A stretch of 63,978 nt of DNA, the filler included, from Globobulimina sp. (Eukaryota): NCBI GenBank assembly GCA_003354225.1. It is 18 parts of 18 records of this genome, joined end to end, with 100 filler letters (N's around TTAATTAATTAA, not from the genome) between each part and the next. Parts side by side here need not be neighbours in the genome. Positions count along the whole stretch, not along the records: positions 35,615 to 39,074 come from PIVH01002740.1; positions 39,175 to 42,634 come from PIVH01002741.1; positions 42,735 to 46,192 come from PIVH01002742.1; positions 46,293 to 49,750 come from PIVH01002743.1; positions 49,851 to 53,308 come from PIVH01002744.1; 13 more parts are not named here. One strand, given 5' to 3'. This document shows, one piece after another, positions 36,295-49,973 of the stretch. A program made the translations under genes and the position numbers. Each line of letters begins with the position of its first letter. Position 1 is the stretch's first letter. Below the pieces are notes generated by a model. It did not search any database and was not told where the DNA came from. It saw only the letters and a program-made list of their open reading frames with translations.

Positions 36295-37259
36295 TCATTG
36301 CCCATTATCCTCCAATTTTGCATACATTTCATTTCCACCCTTCTTTTTTCTCTTTTCTTTCTTTTTAAACATCTTTTTTTCAACTTTATTTCGCTTTGCT
36401 GTCCTCTTTGCAACAGCTTTGGCTATTTTGTTCACTGCAAAATCAACTTTGGGTCCATTATATTTGCGCGGCACCTCCAAACCAGAGGGCATACCACCTC
36501 TAAACTGTCGAATTGCGTCTCTTAACGACATACCAATCGCTGAACTAACCCTTCCTCGCGGTAAACGATGGCGCCTTCGACCACCAACAGCAATATTCTT
36601 TGCATACCATTTGGCAAAGTAAGTTTTATACCATCTCTTATATGCGGAGTTAAAGCGCATAAATTTTCTATATCTTTTACCTAAACGCATATATTTGCGA
36701 CGTCTTCTTCTTCTTCGAAGTCTTCTCATTCTTCTGCCTCTTTTACCCCTTCCCCTCCTCCTTCTCCTTCTAAATCTTGTCCCTCTTCTACCTCTACGCC
36801 CTCTTCGCCTCCGTCTTTTTCTTAGTCTCCCTCTCCTTCCTCTTTTCCTTCCCCTTCTCCTACGTCGATGTCTGCGTTTACGTAATTTTAAATATCCGGC
36901 GATTAATCGATTTCTTATCCGATCATCCATCTCATTCTCATTCTCATCCAAAGCATTGTTGTATTCATTCTCATCGTAGTTGTTATATGCATATTTCTCG
37001 TGTATATCTTGTAATTGTTGCTCATTATAAGTGTTTAGTGCATTGTATAAATCCTTGTATGTCGATGTATCGTCTGTTACTGTCAATTCTTCATCTTTAA
37101 TTGTAGTGATTATATGTATGTTTCCAATGTAGAATTATAATGTGTTGTATGTAGACTAGTATGTATACCTTGTAGTTGTATATCATCATAGATGTTTCCT
37201 GCAACCAATGGCAATAAAATAAAAAAACAATAGAGGTGCGCTCCTGAAGTAGGAGTCAT
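36295..37259 (-). CDS. Predicted secreted protein: signal peptide + acidic pro-region + poly-Arg tract + basic tail
   Basis: Exon 1 (37259-37169) encodes MTPTSGAHLYCFFILLPLVAGNIYDDIQLQ. A 74-nt GT-AG intron at 37095-37168 joins it in frame to DEELTVTDD.... An Arg/Gly tract follows at about 36690-36885. Confidence 0.7.
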
Positions 37260-37317
37260 TATGATTAACCAGTGCTTTCTCTGTATAATCTTACACGACT
37301 AGCTTGATCATAACGTA

Positions 37318-38450
37318 ATGGCAGCTGTTAAAGAGGAGAAAAAAAATGATGAGGTTGAAGAATCAATAAATAAATTCCCAACAAGAAAGGTTGGGACGTT
37401 GGAGATTGTGCCGTTAATTAATGGTTTATGGCAAGTTGGAAATGGATCGCTTCATAAGAATGTATCCAATGACCAGTTATCCACGGAAATGCTTCAATAT
37501 TCCTCTGCTGGATTAACAACTTGGGACGGAGCAGATCATTACGGTCCGGCAGAAACAATAATGGGTTTACATCGGCAGAAAATCTCCAAAACAAACGATA
37601 AAGAAAATGTATATTTTACAAAATGGTGCCCATCCACGCGTAAAAAAGACGAAGTAAAATTTGAAATAACCGAAGCTGCCATAGACAACGCACTCAAATT
37701 AATGAAGAGAGACAGTTTGGATTTAATTCAATTCCATTGGTGGGTGTATGCGGATAAACGTTATCTTACAATTTGTCAACATTTAGTAGAGCTGCAGAAA
37801 AAAGGCAAAATTAAAAATATTGCTCTATGCAACTTTAACACTGAAAATATGAAAAATGTTGTAGAAAATGTAAAAGATATTGTTATTGCATCAAATCAGG
37901 TACGTTTGGCCCGACATGTTATTGTTTTGTTGAAATGAATTTATTTTAATTACGGTAGGTTCCATATTCAATTATTGACAGAAGAGCAGAAAATAAGATG
38001 GTTGCATATTGCTTGGAGAATGATATCAAATTAATAACTTATGGTACATTGTTAGGTGGATATTTAAGCAATAAATGGTTAGGAAAGAAAGAACCAAAAA
38101 AACAAGATTTAGATACAGCATCGTTGCAGAAATATAAAAAATGGATAGATTGTTGGTCCAATAATAATTGGCATTTATTTCAAGAATTGTTGCAAACAAT
38201 GGATGAAATTGGAAAGAAATATAATTCGACGATTGCACAAATTGCATTGAGATATGTCATGGATAAACCAGCTGTGTGTGGTGTTATAATTGGCTGTCGA
38301 TTGACTGTCTCTAATCATATTGAGGAAACTGTAAAAATATTCAATATTAATTTAACTGATAATGATAAGAGAGCAATTGATGTGGTTGTAGCAAAGGGCA
38401 GGCCATTGAATGGTGAGCCTGGTGATGAATACAGAGGATATAAATTATAA
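37318..38450 (+). CDS. Aldo/keto reductase
   Basis: Motifs INGLWQ, TWDGADHYGPAE, FTKWCP, LDLIQFHWW, SNQVPYSIIDRR (59-nt intron at 37900-37958), YGTLLGG and EPGDEYR. Confidence 0.92.
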
Positions 38451-38555
38451 CTTTGTTTATATACATAATTAACTTATTTCTTATTACAAGTCACAAGTCC
38501 GAGCAATTAACGAATTAAAAAACTAAAATTTCAAGAAAGATTTTATAACAATTTA

Positions 38556-39074
38556 TCAATCATACGCAGCACCACCACCTTTGTGAGAGTTATAATCATC
38601 ATCCATATCGATTTCTGGATCATTGTCCGATATCGTTTGCTCTTCAATATCTTCATTTTCTGATGGAAACGATTTGGAAACAGAATCCCCAACAACCGAA
38701 TCTTTCTGACGATATCTTCTTTTCTTCCTTGCTTGTTTATCAAAGTTATAACGTTCCGAATCAGATCTTGCTTTGTAAATCATCCATAACATCGACGCTA
38801 AGTTTAATATACAAATTGTATCAATCTGTTTGAATGATACAGACAGAAAAACAGATGAAACATACCACAAAAGATAGTGAAAAAATCCATAACGGGAATG
38901 TCTATAAATTCGCCGACAACGCATGTGCAACTTTGTTGGCCTCCACATAATTGCGGGCTCTCATGACAAAAAGTTCGACTTTGTTGGATTTGATGGCAAT
39001 CCACGGAGAATGAGCTATGTACATTAAAAAAATGAATAATAAAATCCACGCTCATAACAGGAATATCAAAAACA
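38556..39074 (-). CDS. Hypothetical membrane protein, C-terminal fragment
   Basis: A GTATG...TTAG intron at about 38798-38864 joins ...DFFTIFC to ASMLWMIYKARS..., giving a TM helix and an acidic tail. Confidence 0.4.
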
Positions 39075-39174
39075 NNNNNNNNNNNNNNNNNNNNNNNNNN
39101 NNNNNNNNNNNNNNNNNNTTAATTAATTAANNNNNNNNNNNNNNNNNNNNNNNNNNNNNNNNNNNNNNNNNNNN

Positions 39175-42100
39175 AGAAATAAATTATTACAATTTCTACC
39201 AAGGGCACGACATAAATTAATTCGATTTTTAGTTTTAATTCGTTATTTGAAGCACAACCATTCACGAATCAAAGCCTTGGAAAAGATCCACGAAACAATA
39301 AACAAATCAGAACATCAATATAGAACTGCATGTAATAATTTTGATGAATTATACACCGAAATGGTGACCACAATGGAACCAATATGGGACATTGAAACCG
39401 CGCTTCATATTTTGACATTAGGTTCCTACAGAAACTTGCCACAAATTATCGATAATTCAATTCAAATAAACAAAAACAACAATAACTTATCACCGACATT
39501 CGTCTCTTCCACCATTCACAAATTAAATAATGCATTGCGAGTACGCTTATTAAGCGATAGCATTCCGCCACAACTCAAGTTATTAAATATCGAGCAAGGA
39601 ATGGTATTTATGATCGCAAAAAACGAATTTGAAATTGCAATCTCGTTACGAATGCGTCCCAAATCCGCCCTAAACCATGCAAACCACGAAGAGGATGAAA
39701 ACCACCGTATTCATTGGTCCTTATTCAAACTAAAACTGTTATTAAAAGCCTCCATCAACACAGAAAATGGCGATAAGAGTAAATACATCGTGACTGACCA
39801 TGAAAGGGACATATTATTATTGAGCGTAAATGAAAAAATGAAGTTATCCCACTCTCCGTTGCAAATTATGTACAAAGAGTTAAGTACATTTTGTGATAGA
39901 TTGCAGTTTGCGGTGTTAATAAAACAAATCAATCATATCCTATATCGATACGGTGAGTATAACATTCGCATTGAACGGAAACAACACAAATCGATAACTA
40001 TTCGAATGTGGAAGTTTGCGGCAAAACTGCCCAATGATACGCATACTATTTTGGATGATAACATATTAAATGATAATGACCGGAATGCAGATGATATGCA
40101 AGAAAACCAGAAACAAAAACAAACACAGAAACAGAAAGAGGAACAATCCATTATTGCCTCTTCATTTTTTAACACGAATATTAGTTTTAATATGGAGGCA
40201 TTGGATGAGTCAGAACGCAAAGAGAATGCAATAAAATCACAATTTCGGATTAGTTTATCTGTATTGTATGAGGAACAGGGTTTAAATATTACATATTATC
40301 CTAAATTACATTCCTTTTCATTGATGGATTTATTATGTGTCCATCCAAATAACTTAAATCTGCCCAAATTAATCCACAATTTCACTGTCTTACATTGTAA
40401 TTATCGTTTCTTGTATTTATTAAATAAGTTAATTGAACTTGACAAGGAATATAGAATCACGCCAACGGTTAAAACAAATGCAAAAGAAATATTATTTGCG
40501 CATGGAAATGAATGCAATTTGACGCAAAAGGATAAGATTAAAATTATGCGAAATTTGCAAGCAAAACATATTGAGATTTGTTTGAGTGATGGCAAATATG
40601 TGGAGATTTATATAAATGGCAATAATGGACAGATTATGTTGGAAAAAACCTACAATGAGTTTCTCAGTAATAAAGCATTGATATTTGAGAAACATTTGAA
40701 GATTTATAATGATAAAATTAATAAAGACTTATCGTGGATTTGTTCCATTATAAAAGGTTTAAAAATAGATTGTTTGCTAGAAAATATCATTGATATTGTT
40801 CAAAATGAATTGCATTTAAATGTTGTATCGTATTCAATCTGTAATAAACCAAATAAATATTTTGTGTATCCCTCATTGTTAATCCATAATCAATTAAAAC
40901 ATAAAAAGAAAAAAAAGCATAAAAAAGGAGTGACCATAAAAGAAGAAAATAATAATGATAAAAAGATGGAGAATGATAAATTTAATTATTTTCATATTAT
41001 TGAGACCTACACAGAAATACTCAATTCGTGGAATGAAAATAATTCCATTTTTATCCGCATTCCAGGCTTTGGGAATTATTGCTATTTGGTAATATTTGTA
41101 CGATCACAAAGCAATGCAGAGACATATTGCATTGTTAATGATGGTTTTGGCAATTTACTATATATTCATAATATTATTATTAACAATGCAATAATATGTA
41201 AAATAAATGAGATATCGGCAGAATTAATCAATAAATATATCCAATATTGTTGCGATATATTACCAAAGCATTTAATCAGAATAATGATATCATGGCATAC
41301 ACAAATACCAATAAATGAGTTGCAATTACAATGTAATACCAATTATATTAAGTTTCATATTGTCTTTCCTCGACCAGCCACCACAGCGCATCGAATGCAT
41401 TTAATACCCAAAAAATTTGAATTTGAGATATTTTTAAATAAAACAAAATCAATCAAATCATTTTCATGGAAATGTATTGTAAAACAGGATACGATATTTT
41501 GTGACAAACATAAAGATTTGTTATTGTTTAAAGTGAATGAAATATTTAAGTTTGACGCTGGAATTAATGGATTAATATTTGAATACAAAAATAATTTAAT
41601 TATTGGGCAATTTACAAATATTTGTAATTATTGTTATAAATTATTGGTTGTATATAATATTTTAAAAGGATTCATTGATTACAAACAAGTCATAAAACAA
41701 CATTCTGCATTTTATCGAAAGGATTTTTATAAATTACAAAAAATAGATTTAATATCACCAAATACAGCCATTCAAATTGAATTTAATTTGTTTGAAAATC
41801 GCACCTTTGTTTTGAAAATAGAAATTATTTGGAATCATATTGAAAATGTTGAAGATTTTAATAAAAAAAACTTTAATCCATATATTAATAATAATGACTA
41901 TAAAATTAAAATATCCTTCAATGAAAATAATATTTTCAATTTAATTCCGAATCTAAAATTATTAATATTTCACTATTTTAATTATCGACAAAAATATCAT
42001 AAAAAATTAAACATTTTATTACGACAACAATATGAGAGCAATGATGATAGTGATAAAGCATTTGATTGTTATGAGGCAATGATAAGATTTAAGGATTTAA

Positions 42101-42634
42101 TCGGTATTCATGTAAAAAAAAATAATAAAAAACAACAAAGTTTTATATTTCTCCAATACGAATCTTTATCGTTAATGATGTTTTTACAGAGATTGTATTG
42201 GAGCATTAAAACAATAAATTATTTGAATCCATTTATTGAATCTATTAATTATTTAAATAAATGGTTTTATCCCAAATCATTGCCATTGATTCAACTCCAC
42301 GTTAAAAAGTATGATACATTGAAAATAATGACACAACATCATAATAATAATAATATTTTAGGCATTCACATATTAAATGAAAATAAAATAGGTTTACATA
42401 TTATAGATTGTGATAAAGGATGGCAATTAACATTAAATGAAATCGATTTTATAAAATTAGCAAATTCGTTGTTAAAACATATTGAAAACTATTTATTATT
42501 GCCACAAAAACAACAATCATTATCTGCAATATTTAATAGTAAAAATACTAAAAATAACAGTAATTTGAATATAAATTTTTGCTGTTTAAATAATTCAAAT
42601 GACAATATATTAATCCATTATATTTTATCATTAT
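39175..42634 (+). CDS. MED14: Mediator subunit 14, partial at both ends
   Basis: WDIETALHILTLGSYRNLP...KLNNALRVRLL..IPPQL..L.IEQGMV....NEFEIAISL...W.LFKLKLL matches the MED14 N-terminal domain. One ORF fills the contig. Confidence 0.82.
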
Positions 42635-42976
42635 NNNNNNNNNNNNNNNNNNNNNNNNNNNNNNNNNNNNNNNNNNNNTTAATTAATTAANNNNNNNNNN
42701 NNNNNNNNNNNNNNNNNNNNNNNNNNNNNNNNNNTTTCAAAAAATGTCGTTTCTTGAAAAAAGTAAATCGGGACGAGTCGATTTTAGATTGTCCTAAATA
42801 TGATTTTTGATTCGTCGTAGATACTTTTATACGAAAATCATTAATGAGATTCATATTTAGGATCGCCAATCTAAAAGACAAGTGTAGACATTGGAGACAT
42901 GAAATGTAACGGTCTCGAAAATCACTTAGTTGGGCATAGTCAATTGGTGCGTTCTGCAATTAGTTACATATTGACC

Positions 42977-45927
42977 ATGGGTGCGTGTCCATGCTGTCAA
43001 CATGAATCAGAAAATCAACCCTTTATGAGGATTGAAATTGACCGAGTTGACAGTAACAATGATGATAGTATCTTTATACCGAATGATCTCTGGGAAAGAC
43101 AGAAGTGTATCATGGCGGTGATGTATCCGCAAATATTACTCAAAGAACCAGAGATTGCCACAATTGCAACAACCATCACAAGGCAGCCTACGATGATGTA
43201 TATTGATATGATGGCAGAAGGCGAAACCTGTGCTGATCTTACAAATCGATTAATTGCAGAGAAGCAGAAACATTTGGATATGGAATTTATAGATAAGAAT
43301 AAGCAGCTCCTGATGGAAAATAAACATCACAAATTTGTACAAAAATATAATATGGAGAAACATGGACAGTCAGATATCGATCAAACAAAATCAGAAACAA
43401 AACGCTTGAACATACCACTTGATCTAAACAGTGATTCAACTCATTTATTACTACCAGAGCAGGCTTCGTCTGATAACTGCAAATTAGGTGGCAGTGGATG
43501 CACATTTACGACCCGTGTCATTGCAGCATTGCAATTCTATCAATCTTTAGATGTTATCAACAATGAAAATGATAAAACCAAATTGGTGCAATTTTGTCAT
43601 GAACATAGGTCGTTGCTGGATGATTACATTCATATATTAATGCATCATAACAATGAAGACGATCTGGAGCAAATATTTTCTTTATTGATGGACGAAAATG
43701 ATTTAAATGAATGCAATGTTATGCACTGTGCAGTGACATTACGACATTACCGAGACAGACGTGTTGCTGTCATTAACGATGAATTAAAAGCAGGAGATGA
43801 AGATGTTGAGTGCTCATTTTATCAGGATATTATGGATGAGATTCATTGCTATTTATACCATTTATTCGATACCGCATTGAGGGTAAAACGAAGTGAAATT
43901 AAGCAACAATCAAATGACATTGACACAGAATATATTGATGAGGCATTTGTGAATATGTATAATATAATCAAAGAAAAAAAAAAGGCTCTGATGGAGGGAA
44001 CCGGAATTGACTCGAACAGACTCACAAACAACAAATACAACGTCATTGTCACCGAGGATACAAATACCAAAGGTACGCTCATGGATAATGTAATTGCATT
44101 GATGAGCAAACGTGGACCTATGGACCATACTGAAATGAAGTCATTATGGCAGAAAATCCAAGAAGAGGAATACGACTCAGATGCGATTGAAATTGATATC
44201 AATTTGGAGAGAACTTCAAACATTGAGATATTTAATAAGAATGCACATCGCATATTTAAAGAGTGCTTACATTATCATAAACGTATGTGACTATATGTGT
44301 ATTGTACGTGTCTTTTAATTATACAATTAATTAATAAGTGAGTCAATATACATTTAACATTGGATATCGATTTTATTATTGGAACTATTATCTAAAACAA
44401 CACAAAGCAAATGAGTTTCAATGGTATGATAACATAAATGAGCACGGCGGTTATGATATTGCCGTATTATGTGTACAACAGAAATATAAGAATTTGAAAG
44501 AGGAGATTCTGAACAATAAACTATTGACATTAAATATGATTGAATTTGAGCTTTCTGTGCATAAAACAAACAAATATGCACAAGCCAAATACGCAAAAAC
44601 CATGACAGCAACACCAGATTACGGAGATCAATTGTTTCAACACGACAGAAACGACGATCTCCACTTTGGAATTGCAGCGGGAACACCGATATCTTTCCAT
44701 CATTTATTGTCAGTCATATTATATTGTGACTGGTCCGATCTATGCACCAAATTTAGTGCCAGTTTCAGAAACAAACAATCCTATGATGCCATAGCAGATA
44801 TTAAAAATAACAACAGAGAATATGCGAATTGGTCGCGACTGTTGCGGGAAGTCGTAGAAATATTTGGATTTAACCACGCCGGGCAATATAAGCCAAAGTC
44901 CGATGGAAATCGAGTGATAAATAGATTAAAAGGCCCGTTTTTTTGCGGCATGTCTTTTGTTATGGTAATACCTGAATTTAGCATCAGATTATGTGGTCCC
45001 ACCAGCACTTCCAAACAAATTGAAGTATCAATGAGATTTGGTGGGCGTCGGCAATTAAATAATACTGATCTCAATCTTTTTTCTGACAATGTTTGTGCAT
45101 TTCCTTGTTTTTGGTTGAGTACTTATTCCGGCGAAGATGAATACTTATTTTGTGGCGGAAGGCATAAAATCCGAATTGAAACCATTACGATAATTGATAC
45201 AAAGCAAAACTTTGAAAAACATTTTTCTGCTTTGTTTCATTTTGAATGTCTGTTGAATGGCACAGAAATTAATGATGATGCAAGTAAGAGACAGTTAGAA
45301 TATGAATGCATGAATCATTTAATTAAACATAAACTTAAACTCGATGGGTTTCAAAATACGTATCCAAAATATATCAATGATACATTTGAAGCTTTTTTGA
45401 ATCACAAAACACAAATTGTAATAAATTTGTCAATAATCAATGCCTATCGAATGAGGGTTAACAGGTATTTAACGAAACAGGTATTAAAAAAAGGTAATGA
45501 GAAATTATCAGATTTTATCATTGGTCAATTTTACTCAACATATGCGACTCCAACGCATGATGTTCAAATTAGTCAAAATTTGCGTTTTAATGATTTGCAT
45601 TCCAAAGAAACAGAAAAAACAAATTCGGACTTATTCAAGCCATTACTCTTTCGATTGTTGAATAACATTAATCAGATTATTATTTATTCGACGTCCATTT
45701 GGGGCAATGAGGAGTATGCAATGAATTTATCGTCTTTAGCCTCGTCAATATTTAACATGGCCAAAAAGGATATAAAAATTGAGGTAAAAGCAGTGAATAG
45801 ATATGGCATCGATAAATGGAGAGATAAAGAAACTAGCAATAGCTGGTTATGTAAAGCAATTATTGATAATCGGTCAGCATTTGATTTTAAACTATCGACT
45901 GCGTGGAAATTGTTAAAAAGCAATTGA
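42977..45927 (+). CDS. ADP-ribosyltransferase-fold family protein, paralogue 3, with N-terminal lipidation motif (MGACPCC)
   Basis: 56-nt intron at 44283-44338. Motifs FNIGYRFYYW, KYKNLKEEILNN, SVILYCD, NREYANWSRLL, FFCG, PTSTS and STYSGEDEYLFCGG. Confidence 0.65.
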
Positions 45928-46396
45928 GATGATTACTATTTGTACATTAAATTAAAAATTAAATTTATATTTATTTAGCTATTTTAATTTGAATATTGTT
46001 GTATCTGAATAATTGACAAATGTTTTTTGTTTCTGTGCGTAAAGGTGTGGATCTGTATGGATTTTTGTTTTGTTGTTTTTATGTTTTTTATAAAGTATTA
46101 TGTTCTCAGTATATGCTTTTTTTCTCATCGTTTAAATCACTACAATCCAGACACATGTGCACATGGTGCTCTTCTTTCTTTTTGATTACTCANNNNNNNN
46201 NNNNNNNNNNNNNNNNNNNNNNNNNNNNNNNNNNNNTTAATTAATTAANNNNNNNNNNNNNNNNNNNNNNNNNNNNNNNNNNNNNNNNNNNNCCATGCCT
46301 CTATATCAAAATGCAATCCCTGGTATGAGATTTTATATCTATATCAAGCAAATGTGTATGTATATATTTGTAATGATTTGAACAGATAGCTCAGGG

Positions 46397-48641
46397 ATGG
46401 AACGCGTGCAGACGCAATCTCAAATGGACGCAGATGAAGATCCACCAACGCCAGTCAGCGATGACCATGATATGTTGATGGAAGCGGAGATGCAGAAGTA
46501 TCGTAAACATGAAAATGCGAACAGTGGATCCGCAAAGGCATTGCCATTCGCAAGCAAACGAAATAATAATGATCCAGCCTTGTCATTGTTATCTGATCAA
46601 GCAATGATATCTGAGGCGCCGCCACAAAAAAGAAAAATAAATATAGATGTAAACAATCAAGAAAATGAGGAACAAAATTACAACAATCATTTATTTGATG
46701 CACTGTCATCGCCATCAGCAAAAATGTTATTTGCTGAGCCTGAGCCTGAAAATGAGCAAAATATTGATGCTGCAAAAGACCCATTCTCTTCTATCGAAGC
46801 TGAATTCAATGCGCTAGCAAACGAAATGGAGGATTTACAGGTATCCATGCATTAAAATGTACACATTTGAAACTATTATTTTGCACTGTCAGGAGCCGGC
46901 TGAACCGCCCAAAGAGAAACACAAAGTAGAACAGAGTGGCAATGACATGATATTAGACATGCTTGACAGTGAAGTGAGTGAGCCACCAAAAGTCGTAGAT
47001 ATGGGCAATGCAGCAGTCTTAGATATATTTAGTGCAGAACCAGAACCACCACAACCACAGCCACCGTCAAAAGCAGATACGCCGCCACCACCTCTACCAC
47101 CATCATCTGAGCCAGAACCACAGCACCGAGGCAAACAAGTTGAAGATGATCCATTTGCGTCATTGGATATGAGTCCCACGGATTTATTTTCAGTCAATGT
47201 GGCCGATGTGCAACAAGAAGCGCCTCCGGCTGAGCCAGAGAGGAAAGAAATAGACTCCAACGCCATGGGAATTCTTGGTGGATTAATGTCAGCCAACCCG
47301 GAATTTGGAGATAATGACAACATATTTGGTGGTGGCGCGGGTACTCAGTCCGTCGACGCCATTTTGAATGCAACCGGCCCCACCTCAAATATTATTGATT
47401 TTGCGAAATATACAAATGTAGCGGCGCCGGTAGCCATTGATTATGATGCATTGACTAAGATATCTGACACAGATCAATATAAAGTGGTGAGTGTGCAGGA
47501 AACAGTGGTGGTGGATGACGGCGATGGCCATGTACAAGAATCTATTAATCCCATTCAGCAGAATAATGGATTGGAACTGAGGGAATTGGAGGATATATTA
47601 CAGGAAAATATGGTGGATGCATCCGGCGATAATGTACAAATAATCGCGCAGAATTTAGATAAAATGGAAGCTGAATTGAATATGTCATCGCCGTTGGATA
47701 TGTTAATGGGTGTAGATGATAACAATAATGATATTTCGGTGGATAACGAAACAGATCCATTTGGTCCATTGGATAATGCATACGACCCATTTGCTGCACT
47801 GAATGCCTCTTCGCCGTTGGATAATATTATGAATGCACCTGTGGATAATGAGGGGGACGCATTTGGCAAAAAAGAAGCAGCGATGCAACATGAATATGAC
47901 CCGTTTGCTGCGCTGAATGTGAGCTCCCCATTGGACGATATTATGAACGACTCGACAAATAAGGAGAATATGGAGCAAACACAAGAGGAAAATGATCCAT
48001 TTGCAGCACTTACGTCATCGCCATTGGATGCAATCATGAATCAATCCAATGACAATGAAGAAAATGAAGAAAATGACCCGTTTGCGGCACTTAATGTGTC
48101 CTCGCCATTGGATGATATTATGGGTCGGTCGACAGATAATAATAATGATAATGATGCAGGGTTTAATCAGCTCTCCTCACCGTTGGATCATATAATGAAT
48201 GAATCGACAGAGCGGACAGATGTCGTAGGATTTAATCAGTTATCCTCTCCATTGGATAGTATGATGTCTGCGAGTTCAGTGAGCTCTGATCAGTCCACTC
48301 CAGTGACCTCACCTGATAATATTGGACGACTAATGAAACCCAATCCAATGGGACACCAAACCATCGATCTTGATTCTTTTATGCAAGCCAGCGCTAATAT
48401 GGATAGTCAGCAACCTGTAATGTATAATGAAGAGATTAAAGAAGATGAGGAGGAGGATGAGGATGATGAAGAAGAAGCGTCAATGGGGTCAGAGATCATT
48501 CATGATTCGCCAAGACATTCTGAAATTGTTCATGAAGCATTGGATCCAGAGATATTTGGTAAGGAACATGGCGATGACAGTAGCTCTGAAAGTGGATATA
48601 CAGATGGTACGGACCCAATGAATATTGATAAATATCAATAA
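46397..48641 (+). CDS. Acidic disordered protein with repeated DPF motifs (endocytic adaptor-binding type); 5' partial
   Basis: About 7 DPF motifs and repeated DPFAALN(V/A)SSPLD(D/N)IM units. Intron at about 46841-46891. Confidence 0.6.
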
Positions 48642-49155
48642 ATATTAACATGTTGTTGTATATAATTGATTGTAATATAAGTCATGAATAAATAAAATGA
48701 TTATTCAATTTTGTTTCTCTATTTTGTTTTTATTCTGTTTGGTTATGTTAAAACGGGTTACTACGTTTTTGTTGATGTTTTTGTTTTCCTTTTCCTTTTT
48801 GATGGATTGTTTGTGCTTTTTTTTTTTATTTGAGACAGTTTAATATTGTCTTATATTTATTTATGTTTGTTTCTTTTTATGTTTTATCCATTGTTTGTGG
48901 TGATATATCAAGATTAGTAAGTACATTGATACATCACTCACCGTAATGATTATATTCCAACTTAGTTAGTGTTGGCTCATGTTAGCATGAGTTTGTATTC
49001 AATTTAAAATATCGGTTGTTAAGCAATGCGTAATTGTACCAGCAAGAAATTTGCTACATGCAACGCAACAGTCGCAACTTGGACTTTTAAGTCAAATCGC
49101 TTAGATTTTTTTGTGTCAGCAAATCATTCTCAAATTGAAGCAATCCTCCAACAAA

Positions 49156-49750
49156 ATGAACCATCCTGTCAGGAAAAGACGGTCACACTTATTAGTAAGT
49201 GGATACGTTAGAAAATATAGGAGTCAATACGTCCATACAGATATTATTAGTATCATTCATGCGTTCCATTATTATATTTTATTGCTATTATATTCTATTG
49301 GTAGAAACTCAGAGGGACAACAAGGTAATGGAGGAAATGAAGATATTACAAAAATAACAAAAATAAAAACATTTGAAAAAGAAATAAAAAATATTGTTAG
49401 TTGTGGTGGTTATGGTAGTGTAGCAGCATATATTTTATTTGATGATGAAACATATGAATGTTGCGGGTATAATGGAATGGGTGTATTAGGTGTTGGCCAT
49501 TATAATAACATTAATATATGGCATCAAACAAAAGATATGAAAATAAAAAATATATTTACAGCACCAAACGGATCAGAACATTCATTTTGTATTTCAAATG
49601 AGAATAAATTATATGCTGTAGGACGGAATGATTATAATCAGTTTCGTATAGAAACAAATGAAGGAAGAAATAATAAATGGACAGCAATTAATACAACATT
49701 ATCGATTCAAAAAGTAGCCACAGCTCAGTGTTATACAACATTTTTAAGTA
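49156..49750 (+). CDS. RCC1/BLIP-II repeat protein with N-terminal LLVSGYVR...DIISII module, 3' partial
   Basis: Repeats YSIGRNSEGQQGNG, CCGYNGMGVLGVG and LYAVGRNDYNQF. Confidence 0.75.
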
Positions 49751-49973
49751 NNNNNNNNNNNNNNNNNNNNNNNNNNNNNNNNNNNNNNNNNNNNTTAATT
49801 AATTAANNNNNNNNNNNNNNNNNNNNNNNNNNNNNNNNNNNNNNNNNNNNATCGCAAGAAAATGATGAATCACACGTTTACTTGCTATTCCAAAATCTAT
49901 TACCCACAGAATACTGATCATCTTTTCAGTTTGAATACAAAAAGCTGAAGTTTATTATACACACTAGACTGAA

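Noticed and set aside
36298-37100. Leu/Pro/Phe-rich plus-strand ORFs
   Set aside because: Antisense shadows of the purine-rich poly-Arg coding strand.
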